Of a stretch of DNA of 64,000 nucleotides, positions 11,263 to 22,800 are shown piece by piece. Source of the stretch: Takakia lepidozioides (taxonomy: Eukaryota > Plantae > Bryophyta). Positions within the stretch are counted from its first letter, which is position 1. Every line of letters starts with the position of its first letter. The translations under genes were made by a program, and so were the position numbers. The stretch spans positions 51,956,001 through 52,020,000 of the forward strand of contig CM060734.1 of assembly GCA_030704615.1 (NCBI GenBank), read 5' to 3'. The notes below the pieces were generated by a model, which had not been told where the DNA came from, did no database searches, and saw only the letters and a program-made list of their open reading frames with translations.

Positions 11263-13113
11263 TCACCTCTTTGTGGGCTTGAATCTTCGCATAACAAAGT
11301 CACCAAACCTCCGACTCCGGGCCAGCTTCTGAAAGAGAGCTCTCGTACTTAACCTCCATTTTCTACACAAAGTGAAGACTGCTGAGAATCTCAGGATCCA
11401 TTCAATCCTATGCATCATGTTTTTGTTGTCAACAAAAGAATAGTACTTCATGAGACCTCTATTCACTGCTTTGTAGCGCCGTATGATTTCCTCTGGCTTC
11501 AGATGAATCCACTTGCTCATTCCTCGGGGCCAGTTCATATCACTCGCAAAGCCTCGATCAACGAGTTTGGACACGAGCTCATTGATAGGAGCTTCCAGAC
11601 AGATCTTATCATACACCCATTGCACCTTGTATCCTTCCTCATTCTGGGGTAGCAGATTGTCCTTCTTCTTCCTAGCCCTTATTAATGTCCCAAGAAACTT
11701 ACCCCTTTCGGTGCCTAAGTGGGTAATCCTTAGTTGCTCATGCCTTATTGCCAGTTTCAGTTCTTCAGTAATGAACTCTTTTGCCTTCTCTTTGATCTCA
11801 AAAGTCAACCTTTTTGACCCGGCCACACCTATCAACCACTCATCTGCATACCGCGCGTAGTACACCTTACTACCTACACTGGGGAGAGTACGTTCCTGCT
11901 TTTCTAGCTGGAGTGTTTGTTCCTTCATGTCCAGACCAGAAGTTCCTTGAACCTTATGACCTTTTCCCTTTATCCTCGTAATTTGATGTAGTAGCCAGGA
12001 GTCTTCCCCAGTCGGTTTCCCGACCTCACCGGGCATAAGAACACTAGCTGCCAAGTTTGTAACCCAGATGTCAAATTCATGTAGGTAGATATTTGATAAC
12101 AAAGGTGACAAGATTCCGCCTTGCATGACACCTGTTAGGTTGTGGGGTTCTTTGAACCCATTGTTCACGTAACCAGCACGGACTAACTTCCAGTACAAGT
12201 CCACTATCTGTTGGTCGTTGATCTCCCTCATTAGAAGTGATGCCAAGACATGGTAGTCTATGTGGTCAAAGTAACCACTCATATGTCCCTCAATTAGCCA
12301 GCTAGTACCTGTCCAACTGCGAATACTTCTCAGTACAGACTTTGCAGATCTTCCAGATTCAAACCCAAAGCTGTCATCAACATATTTTGATTGAAACACT
12401 GGCTGAAGGAGTAATTTGATTGCCTCCTGTACCACCATGTCCACGGAAGATGGTATCCCAACAAAACGCATCTTGCCCTGCCCTTCTGGGATGCTTTCTC
12501 TTTGGGCCGGGTCAAACTGAAATGATCTGTTCTTCATTTGCTCAATGATAAGGTGGATATCACTCTCGGAGAGACCCCGAGTGAAATTGTTAACTCCTGC
12601 ATATATGTTCCCAGATTTGGATATGAGCCTGCGGTATGCAGTTTTGTAAATTGCTGGGTCAAACAGACTTGAGTACTTGCATTTCCACCTTAAATTGGTT
12701 TCGTGAGACCCTTGAGTTTCCCCCAGAATTGCTTTGTGAGAAGTGGGGACCGTGGCAGAGTTTAAGTGCTGGCACTTGCAATATCCATATGTCATCAACC
12801 TGGCTCTGGAGACCGGCCTACTCCAGTCAATCTCAGCTGTTTCCTTCACCTTTCGAAATATGTAAGTGCTGAACTGCATGGACAAATACTTCCACCCACC
12901 TGCTGGCACCCTTGATTTTTTGGAAGGCACATTCACACGATGGTAGGACACCAGTTTCATCTCCTTGGGGATCTCCGCATAATTGCATTGACAACCAGTC
13001 AGATACCTGGTCCCAAACAGAGTGTTGAAAAACTTAGGGACAACCTGGACCTTTGTGAGCTTGCCAACCAGACACTTACACTTGGTCATGAAGGCTACTA
13101 ATGACGGTGTCAT
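11263..13113 (-). CDS. Nuclear-encoded group II intron maturase-like protein (RT0-7 plus domain X, no En domain), 616 aa, intronless
   Basis: RT0 AYRRLISKSGN; RT1-2 IPEGQGKMRFVGIPS..D.VVQ and SFGFESGRS; RT3 WLIEGHMSGYFDHID; RT4 GVMQGGILSPLLSNIYLHEFD; RT5 YARYADE; RT7 KFLG; domain X EAPI..L...GF and RGLMKYYSFVDN...ILRFSAVFTLCRK. No intron domain V/VI is visible downstream. Confidence 0.9.
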   Translation of the reverse strand: MTPSLVAFMTKCKCLVGKLTKVQVVPKFFNTLFGTRYLTGCQCNYAEIPKEMKLVSYHRVNVPSKKSRVPAGGWKYLSMQFSTYIFRKVKETAEIDWSRPVSRARLMTYGYCKCQHLNSATVPTSHKAILGETQGSHETNLRWKCKYSSLFDPAIYKTAYRRLISKSGNIYAGVNNFTRGLSESDIHLIIEQMKNRSFQFDPAQRESIPEGQGKMRFVGIPSSVDMVVQEAIKLLLQPVFQSKYVDDSFGFESGRSAKSVLRSIRSWTGTSWLIEGHMSGYFDHIDYHVLASLLMREINDQQIVDLYWKLVRAGYVNNGFKEPHNLTGVMQGGILSPLLSNIYLHEFDIWVTNLAASVLMPGEVGKPTGEDSWLLHQITRIKGKGHKVQGTSGLDMKEQTLQLEKQERTLPSVGSKVYYARYADEWLIGVAGSKRLTFEIKEKAKEFITEELKLAIRHEQLRITHLGTERGKFLGTLIRARKKKDNLLPQNEEGYKVQWVYDKICLEAPINELVSKLVDRGFASDMNWPRGMSKWIHLKPEEIIRRYKAVNRGLMKYYSFVDNKNMMHRIEWILRFSAVFTLCRKWRLSTRALFQKLARSRRFGDFVMRRFKPTKR

Positions 13114-15027
13114 CCAAGTGCCCCCTCTGTTCTTTTATCCTTCGTTGAATCTGCAGAACTGCCGAGTCATGTTTGGGTTAGAAACGGTGATTCAGTACCA
13201 ATAACCTTGGGAGTTGGAGTGCCTTGTGAATTTGAAAGCTAATCAACCTGATTACATAAATGATCATAGTACACAGCACAAACGTGAGGGAGTCAATTGG
13301 TGATTTAGCTTTTAAACCACTACCTGCTGATGTAGACAGTTTGACGAGTAGCATCAACATTCTTGTAAGAGACAAAGATAACGATCAAAGAATCAGAATG
13401 TGCTCCAGAAGCCCCCAAGGGAGCTCCAGATCTCTATATTTCACACCTCTGTAGTCCTTCACCTTTTACCCTTCTGAAACACAACTAGAATTCTCACCAT
13501 GCCCTGCATGGCTGGTACATATAAGCTGGCAGCATCCACATTCACTTCGCTCCTCTTGCCCCCAGCCGGTAGGAAGAACTGTGCCGTCTCTGTAAAGATA
13601 GCAGTCACCATGCAATTGAAGAGATTAGCCCAGGTGCACATTTCCTTAAGAAGAAGATGCCTTGCTTTTCAACCATCTCAATACTTAAGCCCCACAAACC
13701 GCATTGGATGTGGTTCTTACTTGCGCTGACTTCAGTGAGAGTCTTCTCTTGTCGCAATTCTCTACGTGAACCCTAATGCTGAGTTAGACTGATATTTTAT
13801 GGAATTTCTCTTGGATGGTGGTTCCGCGCTTTGTGCCCAAAGGCCCTGCCAATAATAGCATTTCTCTGCTATGTCAATTTTGTGACCGAGGTTTTAAAGT
13901 TTCATCCGGATGTTTCCCTCCCTCCTCGAGCTTACCGAAGAAGACGGGTTTATTGGAGGGTGAGGCACGTTTGACAGCTGATTGTATACATGTCCGTGCA
14001 TTGCACCTTCTGGGACCCCTCCTGTCCTAAATACGGTACCAGGCTCTATAAGTCTCTGCTGCTTATTAGTTGCAACACCATATATGAAAGACCTATCGAA
14101 CCTGTTCTGACAAACACATATGACTACAAGCCAAAACAAAGAGAGGATCTACATGCTTCAATCAGTGAGATTTCCTGGAGTATATGACCCAAAATCTTTA
14201 GGTCAAGATTGTGAGGGAGCGTACATGTTTCGGCGCTTTGTAACTGGGACTTCTGACACAGAAGTCATCTTCCGATGGGCATCCGATAGACTACCACTGC
14301 ACCCCTTTCCGCTCAGCTCCACAAAATCGGCGACTCTCTAAAGTCCGAGTTCCAGGGTGTACACTTGCATCTGGTGCAGAGCTTGCTTAGCACGATTATT
14401 TAACAAGTACCACTACTGCATCGAACCTCCCGGAACGCTAGTAAACCCCGCCTCAATCTGCTCTCCTTTTCACCTCCCCCGCCCCCTGTGATTCCGCTCG
14501 GTAGGAGCTGTTCGACCGAGCACCATACATTGCTGCTTCTCTCGGTCCTGCACAAGCAAAGTGCACACTAAAACCTAGGATCCGCTGTCGAGGTCTTCTA
14601 ATGGAGATTAGATGGAACCAAATCTACTCACGTACATAGTATTCTAGATTGTTTCACCTACTGAGTCAAAGCCCGTCAAACTCTTCCTTTCGCAGCTTGG
14701 TGTGGACTTGAAGAGCATTTCGCTCCTGAGTCTAGTTATAAAACCCCAAACCTAAAACCCTTGTTGTGAAAGAGCGAAGAGGTGCAGCCATGGAGGAGTG
14801 ATCACTGTTGAGCAAGCCGGCTATGACTATGCTTGCTCTGTTGGCCGCCCGGCTTGTGAAGCGCAAGAGCTTGCAAACTTCCATTGATGTTTATGCTGTA
14901 TGAATACTCTCACCCCGGATACTAGATGTTCTTTCGCGTGTATCTGGTACAATATGAGAGAGAGAGAGATAGGCAGAGAGAGAGAATGAAGTTTACCACG
15001 TAGAAACTGAACCAATGAATCAGAGAG

Positions 15028-16113
15028 ATGCAAAGAAGCGCCCTCAAGGGCTGGAATCAAGGGATCTTCGAGAGGCTTGCATCCATTGCACATGCGGCTT
15101 TGTTTTCTGTCTCTGTAGAATGGTTTGCGAAGGAATTGAATCTAAAGTTCTGTTGCTGGAGAACGCAGGCAACGACACAGACACCTGCCGTGTTTTCGGC
15201 ATCGGAGTTACTGCGCAGATTCACCAATGCATCCAGGCCAGACAGGTTCGGTGTCAGAAGCTTTAGAATCCTGGTGATCTGCTTGCACGTAACAACAATG
15301 GGGATCTCTTTGCATGTAACGGATCAAAGGCAAGATGGGTTTTGTCTTTCTTGTATACACACCAATGTTGTTGTATGCCTCGGAGTTGATGCACTCCTTG
15401 TTGAGCTTCATATCCATAATTCTGCATCCTTAGACCACATTCTGCTACCGTTTCGCAGGTCAATGCGGCATTCGGTGGAGAAGAGCTCGAATGATTATGA
15501 TGACGTTGCTGATGTGCTAGAAGCTCATTCTATGGGGGTGGAGCCAAGACATGGAGTTACGCAAGCCATCAAGATATTGGAAAAGGAAGGTTGCAGGGTG
15601 ACTTCCTTGCGTGAAGGCGAAGTGCTTATACAAATGGAAGCCCCAATACAGCAGATGTATGAGATGCTCGAAGAGCGAGGTTTCATTTCGCAAAAGAAGA
15701 AGCGACCACAACCCAATGATTCAGTGATTACGCAAGATGATGATCAGATTGTGGCTTGGTATCGCAGTATCAGTATAGGAATGCTCAATTACTATCTATG
15801 CTGTGATAATCTGAGCAGAGTGAAGTCTATCATCAACTACCATCTCAGGTGGTCAGCCATACTCACGCTCTCCAAGAAGCACAAATCTAGTTGTCATCAG
15901 ATCATCCAGAAGTTTGGCAAGGACCTGACTATTATGAAGGACGGCACAAGACTGGCAGCCTTCCTGAGCCCTGGAGAGATAAGTAAGTACAACAGGACCT
16001 TCTTAAGGACAGAGCCAATGCGACCTGACTTACTCATTGATATTCTCTATACAAGACTGAGAAGGGAAGGCAAATTAAGAAGAGAGCAGAAGGGAGACTA
16101 CTACCAACATTGA
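15028..16113 (+). CDS. Stand-alone maturase domain X protein with N-terminal extension; probable intron at 15246-15458
   Basis: C-terminal part: IQMEAPIQQMYEMLEERGFI..K.RP...DDQIVAWYRSISIGMLNYYLCCDNLSRVKSIINYHLRWSAILTLSKKHKSS...IIQKFGKDL, matching domain X. Candidate GT(15246)...CAG(15458) intron is 213 nt and in frame. No RT motifs. Confidence 0.8.
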   Translation: MQRSALKGWNQGIFERLASIAHAALFSVSVEWFAKELNLKFCCWRTQATTQTPAVFSASELLRRFTNASRPDRFGVRSFRILVICLHVTTMGISLHVTDQRQDGFCLSCIHTNVVVCLGVDALLVELHIHNSASLDHILLPFRRSMRHSVEKSSNDYDDVADVLEAHSMGVEPRHGVTQAIKILEKEGCRVTSLREGEVLIQMEAPIQQMYEMLEERGFISQKKKRPQPNDSVITQDDDQIVAWYRSISIGMLNYYLCCDNLSRVKSIINYHLRWSAILTLSKKHKSSCHQIIQKFGKDLTIMKDGTRLAAFLSPGEISKYNRTFLRTEPMRPDLLIDILYTRLRREGKLRREQKGDYYQH

Positions 16114-16874
16114 GAGACAGCTGAATTTGGTTGGTGTGGCCCTTGGGGTGGAAAATGTACTGCTTAGCCGTCACCTGCTGTTGCCTTGTGGCTACCCTGC
16201 ACACAGTTTACATGACACAGATAGGGTGGAGAGCAGAGGCGACTGGTGCCTTCCAGCATTTCTCAAGAGAGCTCCTTACCATGACATCAATTTGATGCAA
16301 CTGTTCAGTACAAAATGCGGAGACAGAGGGCCTCAGATTTTGGAGTTGTCTCAAGCTTCTTGATCTGAGCCAAAGAGCTATTTCATGCTTTTGAAGGGGG
16401 CCTCTCATTCAGAAGGTTGCCTATTACAATACCAGAGAGACTTGCAGAGTGTACCTGCTGGTTATTCTTACTTACTCTGTAGAGAGAAATTTGACCTCAG
16501 GACACCACCCTGAACATGAGCCTACATAAGAACATCAGTCTAGAAGGCCAAGCAGTCAGGTACAATCAGACAAATTAGTATCAATCCATTGATGGCTTTT
16601 GTCTGCTATCATCAGCAAGCGTGGTGCTGACAATCACCATGTGTGACAGCTTCATTACAACACTCCGAGAGAAATATATGCCAGTGCATTGAATCAAACC
16701 ATTTTCATATAGATTTACAAGCTAGAAACGGGCCACAAGTCAACCCTTTCCTTCTGAGCTTCATTTGAATGGCCTTACAGATACAAGTGCATCATTTCAA
16801 TGCCTGAGACCTACAAGCTTAAATCTGAGTCTTGGCATCAGTTTTATGCCGCAGAAATGTCAATTATCTTACAA

Positions 16875-19800
16875 TCAAGGCACGGGGGAAGGCTTAATCC
16901 CCCATATGTCTTTTGCGTATTCGCGGATAGTACGATCACTGCTGAATTTGTGAGAACCTGCTGTGTTGAGTATTGACATTCTCGTCCATCTCTGCAATAC
17001 AATGTCAGTGCAATTGTGAGATTTTGAGATCCAAAGGTCAAAAGAAAACTTACACAAAAAGTGCTGACCTCAACTAAAATTAAAGGTTTCAGCTACGCAC
17101 TTGTGAATGACATAGAAATGAGGAGATCGTCACCGGATGGATGACATGAATTTCACTGTGGACTGCTCAAACCCCTTGTTTTCAAATACTCATGTGCATC
17201 AAATTGAATGATAAAGTAATGGGGTATGTTGCCTTTGTGCTGTGTATGAGGAAACAGTGAGACATCTGCTAACTTCAATCCTAGAAAGCAGCAGCAATAA
17301 GACTAAGCTTCCACACACAGTCACAACTTACATCCGCTACCTTCAGTAAAATGAGCTTGCTGAATACAGCCATTTATGTCTATATTGGAACGCAAAAGTG
17401 CAGAGGGTTGAGCAGGCATTCTACCTCCTGGTTCCTGTAGGCATTGTCCACTCTTTCTTGACACTCGATATATGCAGGGAAGTCCTTGCCAACTAAAAAA
17501 TAGTCTGCCCTCCCAAATCCCTCGTTCCCCTCTAATGCATCTAACATTGGCCTGTAGTCGTACTCTCCAAAAACTCCACTCCTGATGAACTTCTTTGTCT
17601 CCTCAAACCTGGGATCAGGCACAAACTGTGCCACATTGGCAATATAAAACTTGTCAGTTCCACAGCAAGAAAAGAGATTAGGGGTGACAGGGGAGAGGGT
17701 GGGAAAGATCTGGAATCAGATACCAATCTCTATTAACAATCACCTAGAGTTACTCAGAGGAATAAGGCTCCAGCATAAGCACCTCAATTAGAATGAAAGT
17801 AGAAACATTAAAAGCGAGGTTTTAAATGTCTAGTCAGGTTCACAATGTATCCAGGATGCTCCTACTGAGCCCACTGAGCAGGCTGCACTTGAACAAAAGA
17901 CAGAGCTACAAAGGGGCTTGCATACAGCACCTTGCCAGCAGCCCGCTCTGCCCTCAAGCCTGCAATTTCGTTGGCAAATGCCCCAAACAAGAAGAAGTTC
18001 TCCTCCCCAACTTCTTCTCGAATCTCGACGTTGGCACCATCAAGAGTGCCAATCAAAATGCATCCATTCATTGCAAACTTCATGTTGCTTGTTCCACTAG
18101 CTTCAAGTCCTGCAGTACTGCACACCATGCATGCCCCACACAAAATGTACCGACTTATATATCCCTCCATGAACATGATGTTCTTGACACCCTCACTGAG
18201 CAAATCTTGCTTTATTATACTTCTCCCCACCCAACATTCTCTATGGGCCAGCAGACATTGGCTAGTCCATGGCTGGTGGTAGCTAGCTGAGGTATCTTAA
18301 GTGCATAGATTGGATAAGGCAGCCATTTCTAACCTCTTTGTCTGGAGTTGAAATGTCAAAAGGAACGAAAAGTTCAATGTCCAGCTGATTTAGAGAGGGA
18401 GAGAGATGTGGATCACATCTTTCACCTTATGTGCTGTGAGAGTTCGCTTGCCGGTATGAGCAACTCAGCCACACTCACATTGTAGTCAGGAACAAAGATG
18501 ACCTTCAACAAATGTCCAACATCCTTGTCATTATTCACAACGGCACCGACATCAGAGATGAGTTTCACAATGCGCTTTGCCTGCAAGTAGGTAGCAAAGG
18601 CTTTGCCACCAAACATGCAAACACGGGGCACATATTTGGCGATCCGCTCCTTGGGGCTCATTTCCTTCAGTTTCTTATACCGGTAGATGACCCCCATTAT
18701 GTTAAGGAGTTGCCTCTTATACTCGTGAATGCGTTTCACCTGTTTGCAGGCAAGAACACAGGTTCGGATTCACAAAGTTTTGGCTTTCTGGGCCAGACAA
18801 CGATACAGCTGGAACCAGCATACTTGGTCAGATTCCTCGATATTCCGGTAAAATCATCAATCTCTGATTTCCAGTGGGCTAGACATTAAAGTCATTAAAT
18901 ATTGGTTCTAGGAATGAAAACACACTACCACCCACATGGACTTAACAGGGTGTTGAAAAACAAGCTGTCGTCACAGCATGATTCAAAGTCACCAATTATT
19001 AGTTCACCAGGGGACCTAGATGCTGGTCAGTGTACCCCATCACCGCCTAACGAGATCACCACTGACCATAATTCCTATGACAGAACAAGTAGAAGTATCT
19101 ACACTCTAACAGCAGCTGTGGAATTATACAACAAAGCTGTCTCTTCTAAGTCTCTACTTTGTCCATGGACCCTCCAAGCCGTGTGGATGTTACATAGTAT
19201 CTTCCTTTCTTACTTTTTACTTCTAGGTTGGGGTACTTTCATTTGTGCTTTACTTGTCATTCTCAGTTGTTCCATGGGTTCTCAGGATGTGTCAAAGTTT
19301 CTCTCGACCATGGGATCCCCCTCAATGGTATAGCATCACTTTCTTCCTTCCTCTGTCTTCGGGCATCCGCTGACTTTTTTGTTGTTCTCTTGTTGTTCTT
19401 TGCCCCATGGCTGTTCACCTGATGCTTAAAAGTGGCCCGAATGGCCAAAAATTGCAGTGACTTGGTGTTGCTCTGGCAGCCACTTCAGGTCATGGCAAGG
19501 GCAGAGTTTCTCTTTGCATTGAGATAACCATCAAGTGTTATCTTTGCAGAGTGTGTTCGCAGGGGAGGATAACGAAATTACCTGAGAAGATGAGGCCTAA
19601 AACGAACCGGCAACAACAGTTGCTCTTGCTCTCAGGAAGGGAAATTTCACTCTGCTTGTGGACAACCCTTCTTGACTTTGTAAACTCTCTTTCTTTGCCT
19701 ATTTCTCTTTGAGCTTTCCGAGGACGTTCTAAGGTACCCTTTCATTTGCCTATTTCTTTAACTTTCATTCAATCTCAATATTTGGGATTTCATTTGTTCT

Positions 19801-22800
19801 TTCTGTGGTTCTACTGTCCCCCTTGGCTCTTAGGGCCTCCCTTCAGAATTCCACACACACAGGCAGTGCACACCTGAATATCAAACATCGCATCAGGGCT
19901 GATGACATAGCCTGTTTTGTCCTGAACGTATGCCGCCAGTTTCTGCTTTCTTACTCTCTTGGCTGCCATCCACTCTTTATGCAGATCATGGTTGCCTGCA
20001 AACTGCATACTCAAAAAATGTGATTTTGACCTGAAAAAGGAGTCTCTGGTTTCCCAGTCCTCCAGAAAGCTTCTCATTTCAGCATGTGACTATGCATCCA
20101 TCTTCCTCATATCGTATCATACAAAATGAACAAAGAACCAGCTGTCCTCACAACCTGTTTGAAGTATGGGCATGTTCATTCAGATTACGGCTTGCACATT
20201 CGTAAAAAATTATAGGAAAGGCTACCTTGCGAAGACCAGCCAGTTGCTCAGTATGGAGGATCCAGTCATCAGAGCCAAGCCACTTCGTGATGACTTGGCT
20301 CAGTTGAGGATTACAGAAGGAAACCCAGCGTCTGGGTGTCACCCCGTTCGTCTTGTTCTGGAACTTCTCTGGCCATAACTGCGCAAGTTCATAATTGATG
20401 AGGAGCACATACCTTGGGCGATTTATTTGAACGAAGTCTGAGTCTCACAGAAAGAGCAGTAAAATTACAGAATCTACTGACCTTGTAAAAATCATTGAAG
20501 ACTTCATCCTTCACAATTTCACTGTGAATGGCCGCCACTCCATTCACTTTATGGCCAGCTATCACACACAAGTTGGCCATCCGGACTGTGCCCACAGGTT
20601 TTTTGGGAACAATGTTTTCCCCTTTGTCTGGATCCTCAACTTCCCTTGGCTTTGGAAGCTTTCCGGGAAGTAGGGAATTGAGTGAAGAAGGAAGCTCAAC
20701 ATTTTCAAGTATTCTCATACTTGCGATCTTCTCTGCCAACTTGCCCTTTTCAGTCTTGGTAGCAAGAAATTTGATAAACTGAGATGCGGCATCAGAATAA
20801 ATGTCAGTCAAGCGATCTGCCCACACAACAACTCATCCAGTGATGAATGAATGCGTGGGCAAGTTCTAGAATTTGAAGCTCGTTCATAACAATACACTGC
20901 ACTCAGTGGGTAGCCCCCTTTCAAAGCATCAAACTTTACCAGTTTTCTCCCAAGTTTCAGAAGCTCAAGACACAGCTGGAAGGCCACAATCAACTTTGCT
21001 TTTCCAATCAAGCCAGACTGCTGATCAAGCCTTCAACAAGCCAACTTCTGCCGAGAGCCTAGGGGAACACAGTAAGACAACAAGAGAACATGGGGGTTTT
21101 CTTTAAAGACAGTGCCTTATGCAGGTAAGCTGCTGAGCACTTTGGCTCCTCATTGGTGGAGGCCTCAGGCAAGGATGTGCAATCTCTTTTAAAGGACAAT
21201 AGGTGCTTCCTCTGATGTATAGGTCATCAGACAATAATGTCCACAGGCGCCCTTGAGAGCTCACAAGCAAAGTAGAAGAGAAAAACAATTCGTGGCAGAG
21301 GGGCATGCATCCAGCAAAGTAGTGATCACCTGCTCGTCAATTTTTTGAATGATTTCAAGGTGTCGTGGCAACAGCTTCTCGAAAAGTTCCAACGGCCACT
21401 TCTCCAATGCTTCTGGAAGAACAGTGTGGTTGGTGTATGCCACCGTCCTATGACAACAAAACCCAGACCAACCAGTAACTGCGGTGCAGCTTTATGATTA
21501 GTCTGGATGCCTAGACATGTTTTTGTCCAGAAAGTCGGAAGTATGATTCCCTGTACATTATTCACGTTAAGAACAGAGGTCTAATTGGTACACATCATGG
21601 CATAGTCACAAACCAGAATTAAGTTTTACTATAGTTCCTGAATAGCATAGCCACTGCGTGGGAGTCCTACAGGATTGCACTGAGTGTGTATGCACAAGTC
21701 GATACATGATAGATATAAGACTATTGCTTCTCTAAGAATTGTGGGGAAAGGAGCAGGAATTATAATGCCAGAGAAGGAAACACATATATCCACCCAGTCC
21801 ACCCCCAGCGCTCAGTGAAGCCATGGAAGGTACCCAAACTGGCCAGAATGGAGAGGGAACTTTGCCCATGGTCATTCCAACGAGTACTTATCCTAAACTT
21901 GTAAAACAAATCTTAAATGTTGAAACAATCTAGAAACCGGAGTAACTCAGTCACCAATAATGACACTCTCTTACATTCAATTTGGAGTCAAAGATCTGTA
22001 TATATACACAAATACACATGTGCACACCTTCCCAAAGACATTTCCCCTTTACAAAAAAGGTAGGAGGATTTACGCTGGAGTAATACATACACATATTCAC
22101 ACCTTCCGAAAGGATTCCCCTGTTTATAAGCAAAGGTAGGACGACTTACGCTTGAGTAATTTTCCAAGCCTGATCCCACGAAAGACCCTCAATGTCCACA
22201 AGAATGCGAAGCAGTTCTGGTACAGAAAGAGTGGGATGGGTATCATTCATCTGAATGGCCACTTTGGATGGAAAGTTGGTCCAGTTGACATGACCACCAG
22301 ACCACTCCTTGAAGCGGGCCATGATGTCTTGGAGGGACGCTGAACAGAGAGTGTACTGCTGCTTCAGACGCAAAATCTTCCCTTCGGGTGTGGCATCACC
22401 TGGATATAAAACATAACAAATCTAACACCACAAGCAAACCCGCCATTTGAATCAACAAGAGGGGCAAGCTCCACCTACCGGTATCTATCTTCTATGAGGC
22501 TGCTGGGGCTTTGCAGAAAAGATAAAGCATCGTGAACCCTTAGGCTACTAATCATGTTTGGATCAATTTTTGAGAAGTCCTCCATGACACAGAATGACTA
22601 CATACCTTTTCAGCATTAGCGTGCGCAATGGCAGCTTTATCATGTTCCCCAGCATTGAATGCCTCCAGGTTGAAGTCTTCAGCAGACACTTTTGTGGACC
22701 ACAGGCGCAAGCTTATGGTGTTCTTGGTTCGATAGCCAGGTATGGGCACATCGTAAGCAAACGCTCTCACATTCTCCCCACCTACCCACTCTTTTCTTCC

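Noticed and set aside
10900-14000. Intact mobile group II intron or recent NUMT around the maturase
   Set aside because: No domain V/VI sequence after the stop, no organellar exon flanks, degenerate catalytic residues and a presequence-like N-terminus. A formal Infernal/BLAST check is still needed.
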